A stretch of DNA of 32,000 nucleotides from contig NC_018267.1 of NCBI RefSeq assembly GCF_000306885.1, positions 780,001 through 812,000 of the forward strand, written 5' to 3'. This document shows positions 28,489 to 32,000 of the stretch, in pieces. Under the pieces are notes generated by a model. The model was not told where the DNA came from and ran no database searches. It saw only the letters and a list, made by a program, of their open reading frames with translations. Every line of letters begins with the position of its first letter. Position 1 is the first letter of the stretch. The position numbers were made by a program, and so were the translations under genes. This stretch comes from Wolbachia endosymbiont of Onchocerca ochengi (GTDB lineage: Bacteria > Pseudomonadota > Alphaproteobacteria > Rickettsiales > Anaplasmataceae).

Positions 28489-29670
28489 TCAAAAACTTTG
28501 GTAGTCTAAAGAAATCTTTTTATTGCTTTCTATATTAAATTCTTTATGAAGAGCACTAGACAAATTTGTGTCTTCCCAAGAAAATCTACCATCTTTTCCT
28601 GATTTTTTACCGAAGTGTCCATAATAGGATGTACGTTTATATATAGGACGGTTAAGGGATAAATGTTTAATGATACCTTTAGTCGATAAATCTATATTAC
28701 TTTCAATAAACTTTTTAATCCTTTTTTCGTCCACCATATTTGTACCAAATGTATCAATGTAGAATGAAGTAGGTTTTGATATACCAATTGCATAAGAAAG
28801 CTGCACAAGACAACGCTCAGCTAAACCTGCAAAAACAATATTTTTAGCAAGATATCTTGCCATATAAGCTGCAGATCTATCAACTTTTGTTGCATCTTTT
28901 CCGGAAAACGCTCCTCCACCATGTGGGATATGCCCTCCATAAGTATCAACCATAATTTTTCGTCCGGTTAATCCACAATCGCCAGCAGGTCCACCAACAA
29001 CGAACCTACCAGTTGGATTGACTAGGAGATTCTCCTCAGGGCACATCCACCCTTTAGGTAAAGACGAAACTATGTAAGGGTAAATTGTTTTTCTTACTTT
29101 TAACTGATCCAGGTCTTCTGGATGTTGTATTGAAACAACAATACTTTCAGCACGCACTGGAAGATTGTTCTCATACACTAAGGTGACCTGCGATTTTGCA
29201 TCTGGCCCAAGTTTTTCTTTTCTAACCGCATTCATGATGTTTTTCAGAATTGAATGCGCATAAAAAATGGGTGCCGGCATAAGGCTCTCTGTCTCTGTTG
29301 TTGCATAGCCATACATTATGCCCTGATCCCCAGCGCCTTGATCCACTCCTGCTGCAATATCATTTGATTGTTTATGTAACAATATATTTACTTCCACCTT
29401 TCTCCAGTGGAAACCATCGTGCTCGTAACCAATATTTTTTATTGTATTCCTTACGATATTTTCAATTCTACCATTTTCAATATTAGGTCCAAATACCTCT
29501 CCCGCTATAATAACATTACCTTTGGTAACTAAAGTTTCTATTGCAGTTCGTGAGTGAGGGTCAGAGAAAAGGTATTCGTCAAGTATTGCATCTGAAATTT
29601 GATCTGCCACTTTATCTGGATGACCAGCTGCAACTGATTCACTAGTTATTAAATTTTTATGTAAACTCAT
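28489..29670 (-). CDS. metK: S-adenosylmethionine synthase
   Basis: Blocks GHPDKVADQISD, GAGDQGIMYGYA and GGGAFSGKDATKVDRSAAY. It is intact and has a short lineage-specific C-terminal tail. Confidence 0.95.
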   Translation of the reverse strand: MSLHKNLITSESVAAGHPDKVADQISDAILDEYLFSDPHSRTAIETLVTKGNVIIAGEVFGPNIENGRIENIVRNTIKNIGYEHDGFHWRKVEVNILLHKQSNDIAAGVDQGAGDQGIMYGYATTETESLMPAPIFYAHSILKNIMNAVRKEKLGPDAKSQVTLVYENNLPVRAESIVVSIQHPEDLDQLKVRKTIYPYIVSSLPKGWMCPEENLLVNPTGRFVVGGPAGDCGLTGRKIMVDTYGGHIPHGGGAFSGKDATKVDRSAAYMARYLAKNIVFAGLAERCLVQLSYAIGISKPTSFYIDTFGTNMVDEKRIKKFIESNIDLSTKGIIKHLSLNRPIYKRTSYYGHFGKKSGKDGRFSWEDTNLSSALHKEFNIESNKKISLDYQSF

Positions 29671-30059
29671 TCTTTAGTTTTTTATTTATACAATAAGAGT
29701 TATTATAGAAAATATAGTTAGTAATTGCTAGACGAATGGACCTTATGGTACAAAAGCTATTTCTCATGGCCTTGCTTACTAATTTGATAAACTAGACTGT
29801 ATAGGATGCGTTTTTTACCGCCTTCTATTCAGTTAAGGTATCTACTGTGTTGAGAGTTAACAGAAAAATTAATCTAAACTAACAGAATAAAGTTTAATTA
29901 AGTCAATAAAAGATTTTTTATTGTCACTAGCTCCAATCAAACTCTACTAAATGAGAGGTAAAAACTTAGATGATCTTTTCTAGTTTGTGAGCGATACCTT
30001 AGTAAAGTCAAAAAGATACATTAACTAATAGGCTAATGTTTATACTATAAAATACTGAT

Positions 30060-30620
30060 AAGGCTAATACTTTTCATGTGGCTGTTATAAATGGTTATTG
30101 AGATATTATAGAAATTTTTCTAGATGAGAGTATTATAGTGCATATGTAAATGTTTCTGACTTTTCTAAGCTTTCTGTGCGTTAAGAAGTAGGTATTACTA
30201 TACTTATATTAGTATAAATCATTATACACCGCTGTATTACGCTTCCTATTATGATGAATTGGAGGTTATAAGATTCTCTTTGTGGAGGAGGATAAATGCT
30301 TATGTTGCGTTTAGCATTGATGGATCTGAGGCTTTATACATATTGCCGCTTTAAATGGAGATAAGAATGTCATAGTAGAATTTCTCCTCAATCAAAAGGA
30401 TCAAATGTGTTAATGATACTGATAAAGAGAGTTTGGACATCTTTGTATTTCACTTGCTCAAGGGAAATATTTAAAAGTTGTAAAACTCTTTATTAGAAAA
30501 GGAGCAAATATTAATATTACCAGAGAAATAGGTTTACACTGTTATACTTTGCTACTCAAGAAGATCACTCGACACTGTCAGAAAGAGTTATTCAAGTGAT
30601 TCGGTATTACTTTCTCCTTA
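30060..30620 (+). pseudogene. Ankyrin-repeat protein pseudogene
   Basis: Across shifting frames, four to five decayed ANK units are visible: NTFHVAVINGY*DIIEIFLDES; TPLYYASYYDELEVIRF; (E)ALYIAALNGDKNVIVEFLLNQK; TSLYFTCSRGNIKSCKTL..KGANINI; FTLLYFATQEDH. There are multiple stops and frameshifts. A possible C-terminal TM tail lies at about 31050-31180. Confidence 0.65.
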
Positions 30621-32000
30621 TAAAAAGCTATATCATACTATTAACACATTTTAAGAAAAAGCAACAAGAAAGGTTTTTATGTAGCATTTTTAATGCAGAT
30701 ATAAAATAAGTTCTCTAATTTACTTTTTTTAAAGGAGCATGGAGCTAAAATGTATAGTGAACATACAGTAATTACACGTAGCTTATTTCAAACTTTATTA
30801 TCACAAGGCAGCAAATTGCTTCTAAAAAACTTAGAAACCTTAACTAAAATTTATAAGCGTATCGCCACAGGGTAAATGAACATCGAAAAAGTGAGAGAGA
30901 GAAACTTTCGCTTTGAGTAAGTTACTTAATAACTTTGAGAAACAGATAGACTTTAACGAACAGTTTACATCTGAGCCTAATTCAGGCTTAGTTATAAGAT
31001 ACCCAGTGAGCATCAAGCTATAAACTGAAACTAAAAGTAATTTTGCTATTCACTTAGTACAAGTAATCACATTGTTCCTATTTATAATAGGACTGGTAAT
31101 AAACTTGCTTATTTTAATAGTAATTCAGTATCCATCTTTAGATTTGAAAGTACCGGTCAATTTATGGAAATTATAAAAAATGAGTAAAATCTGCTAACTT
31201 TGAAATAGGGGACAAAGGCTTACTTTGTCGAACACTTTGATGTTAATAAAGTTAATAGTAAATCATTCAGTGAAGATAGGTAAATTTCAGCAAACAAGAT
31301 TAAGGTAAAGTGTTAATTTCTAGGAGAATAAGATAAGGAGCTTGGTCTAGAGTATTGTTATACAGTTTTAATACTAGAGAATATCTTTGTGACTTGGAAA
31401 ATAGAGAGAATATAGAAGAGTAATGTAAGAATAAGATCAATTTTTTTTGAAGGCTTGAAACGCAAGCTTGAAGAAGCAGAGCAGACACATAGAAACAATT
31501 TTTATTGGGAAAGCCGGTTTGAAAGAAGCAATTAATTTTATAGCAACAAGCTCATTGCTGATTTTTTTACTGGTCTAATCCGATTAGGAAGCTAATTGTC
31601 TAAGAAAGCAGATGATAAACATGAGACTCATCTAAATGATCTAACAGTGGACAGCCAAGTTCCTAATATTTTTTGTCACACTGTTTTTATTTAATACTTC
31701 TTACTGGTGAATATATCATACTGTTGTCACTTTAAATCTGCAAAATTATTCTAACTTCTAGTTTTGATTAGAAGAAAATAAAAAAACAGGGGAATAGGGT
31801 AAACCAGGCTTTATATAGTGATATATCAGTCGCAGGCTTTGTTGTGTAGCGAGTAGTAGCAAAAGAGAAGAAAAAAAGGAAATTTGAAAGGAAGCGATTA
31901 TTCTTTTGAAAAATGAATATTTTGAGAAGTAAAAGTTATTATTGTAGCAGGTTTCGAGCTATAGCAAACTAATTATAGAGAAAAGTTCAGAGAAAAAAGA

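Noticed and set aside
331-29486. Short track ORFs lying antisense or out of frame inside well-supported genes. These include 331-546, 1261-1521, 1714-1938, 2114-2338, 2729-2986, 4763-4949, 5203-5494, 8537-8770 and 9118-9336. Also 12481-12831, 13505-13975, 14109-14309, 16401-16604, 18379-18660, 19854-20102, 21888-22394, 26749-27006 and 29298-29486.
   Set aside because: Each overlaps a long CDS with clear family motifs on the other strand or frame. Their translations are low-complexity or hydrophobic with no recognisable motifs. They are typical shadow ORFs.
29671-29830. Possible SAM-responsive riboswitch in the metK 5' leader
   Set aside because: I could not find SAM-II/SAM-V-like conserved strings or a convincing pseudoknot-forming arrangement, only weak 4-5-bp stems. 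An Rfam scan would settle this.
31300-31488. 62-aa track ORF on the minus strand
   Set aside because: It is a low-complexity Leu/Ser-rich sequence within apparently decayed DNA, with no supporting signals.
1-32000. Search for rRNA, tRNA, tmRNA, RNase P RNA, 4.5S RNA, CRISPR arrays, intact IS elements and prophage or cif-like modules
   Set aside because: No GC-rich cloverleaf-like cores with GGTTCGAAT-type T-arms were seen. No conserved ncRNA signature strings are present: the gaggaaag at 17051 lies inside addA and lacks the following RNase P consensus. There are no regularly spaced direct repeats, no terminal inverted repeats flanking a transposase ORF, and no phage structural genes.

Overview
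This is an AT-rich window from a reduced alphaproteobacterial endosymbiont genome. It is most consistent with Wolbachia or another Anaplasmataceae member. That assignment is inferred from gene content, ankyrin and Rpn-like remnants, and a CCCAGTG/AGCTACTTGG-type palindromic repeat that I associate with Wolbachia from memory; it cannot be verified here. I call 22 apparently intact CDSs. Twenty-one are ordinary housekeeping genes: argS, NhaC-family antiporter, RluA-family pseudouridine synthase, pdhA, hemJ, pstB, dapB, holA, ZnuB-like permease, Mth938-domain protein, ispE, addA, secG, pyrG, tadA, MFS transporter, murE, metC, bolA, coxC and metK. One is an orphan (6286-6795). Summing my coordinates gives about 22.4 kb of intact coding sequence, only about 70% of the window. 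The rest is long AT-rich spacer holding at least four recognisable decayed genes: dxr, ruvC, an Rpn/PD-(D/E)XK nuclease-transposase-like gene and an ankyrin-repeat gene. Several blocks remain unassigned. I found no rRNA, tRNA, tmRNA, CRISPR array, intact IS element or prophage module. I see no convincing evidence for a novel multi-gene system. The items most worth a second look are: (1) a dead dxr near an intact ispE of the same MEP pathway; (2) palindromic-repeat-derived segments kept in frame inside addA; (3) an arginine-free, highly acidic, His/Gly/Ser-rich 169-aa orphan behind a near-consensus promoter; (4) a dead ruvC beside an intact addA; (5) two C8 homopolymer tracts bracketing the 3' end of the pseudouridine synthase gene. 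All homology statements come from motif recognition by eye, not database searches.
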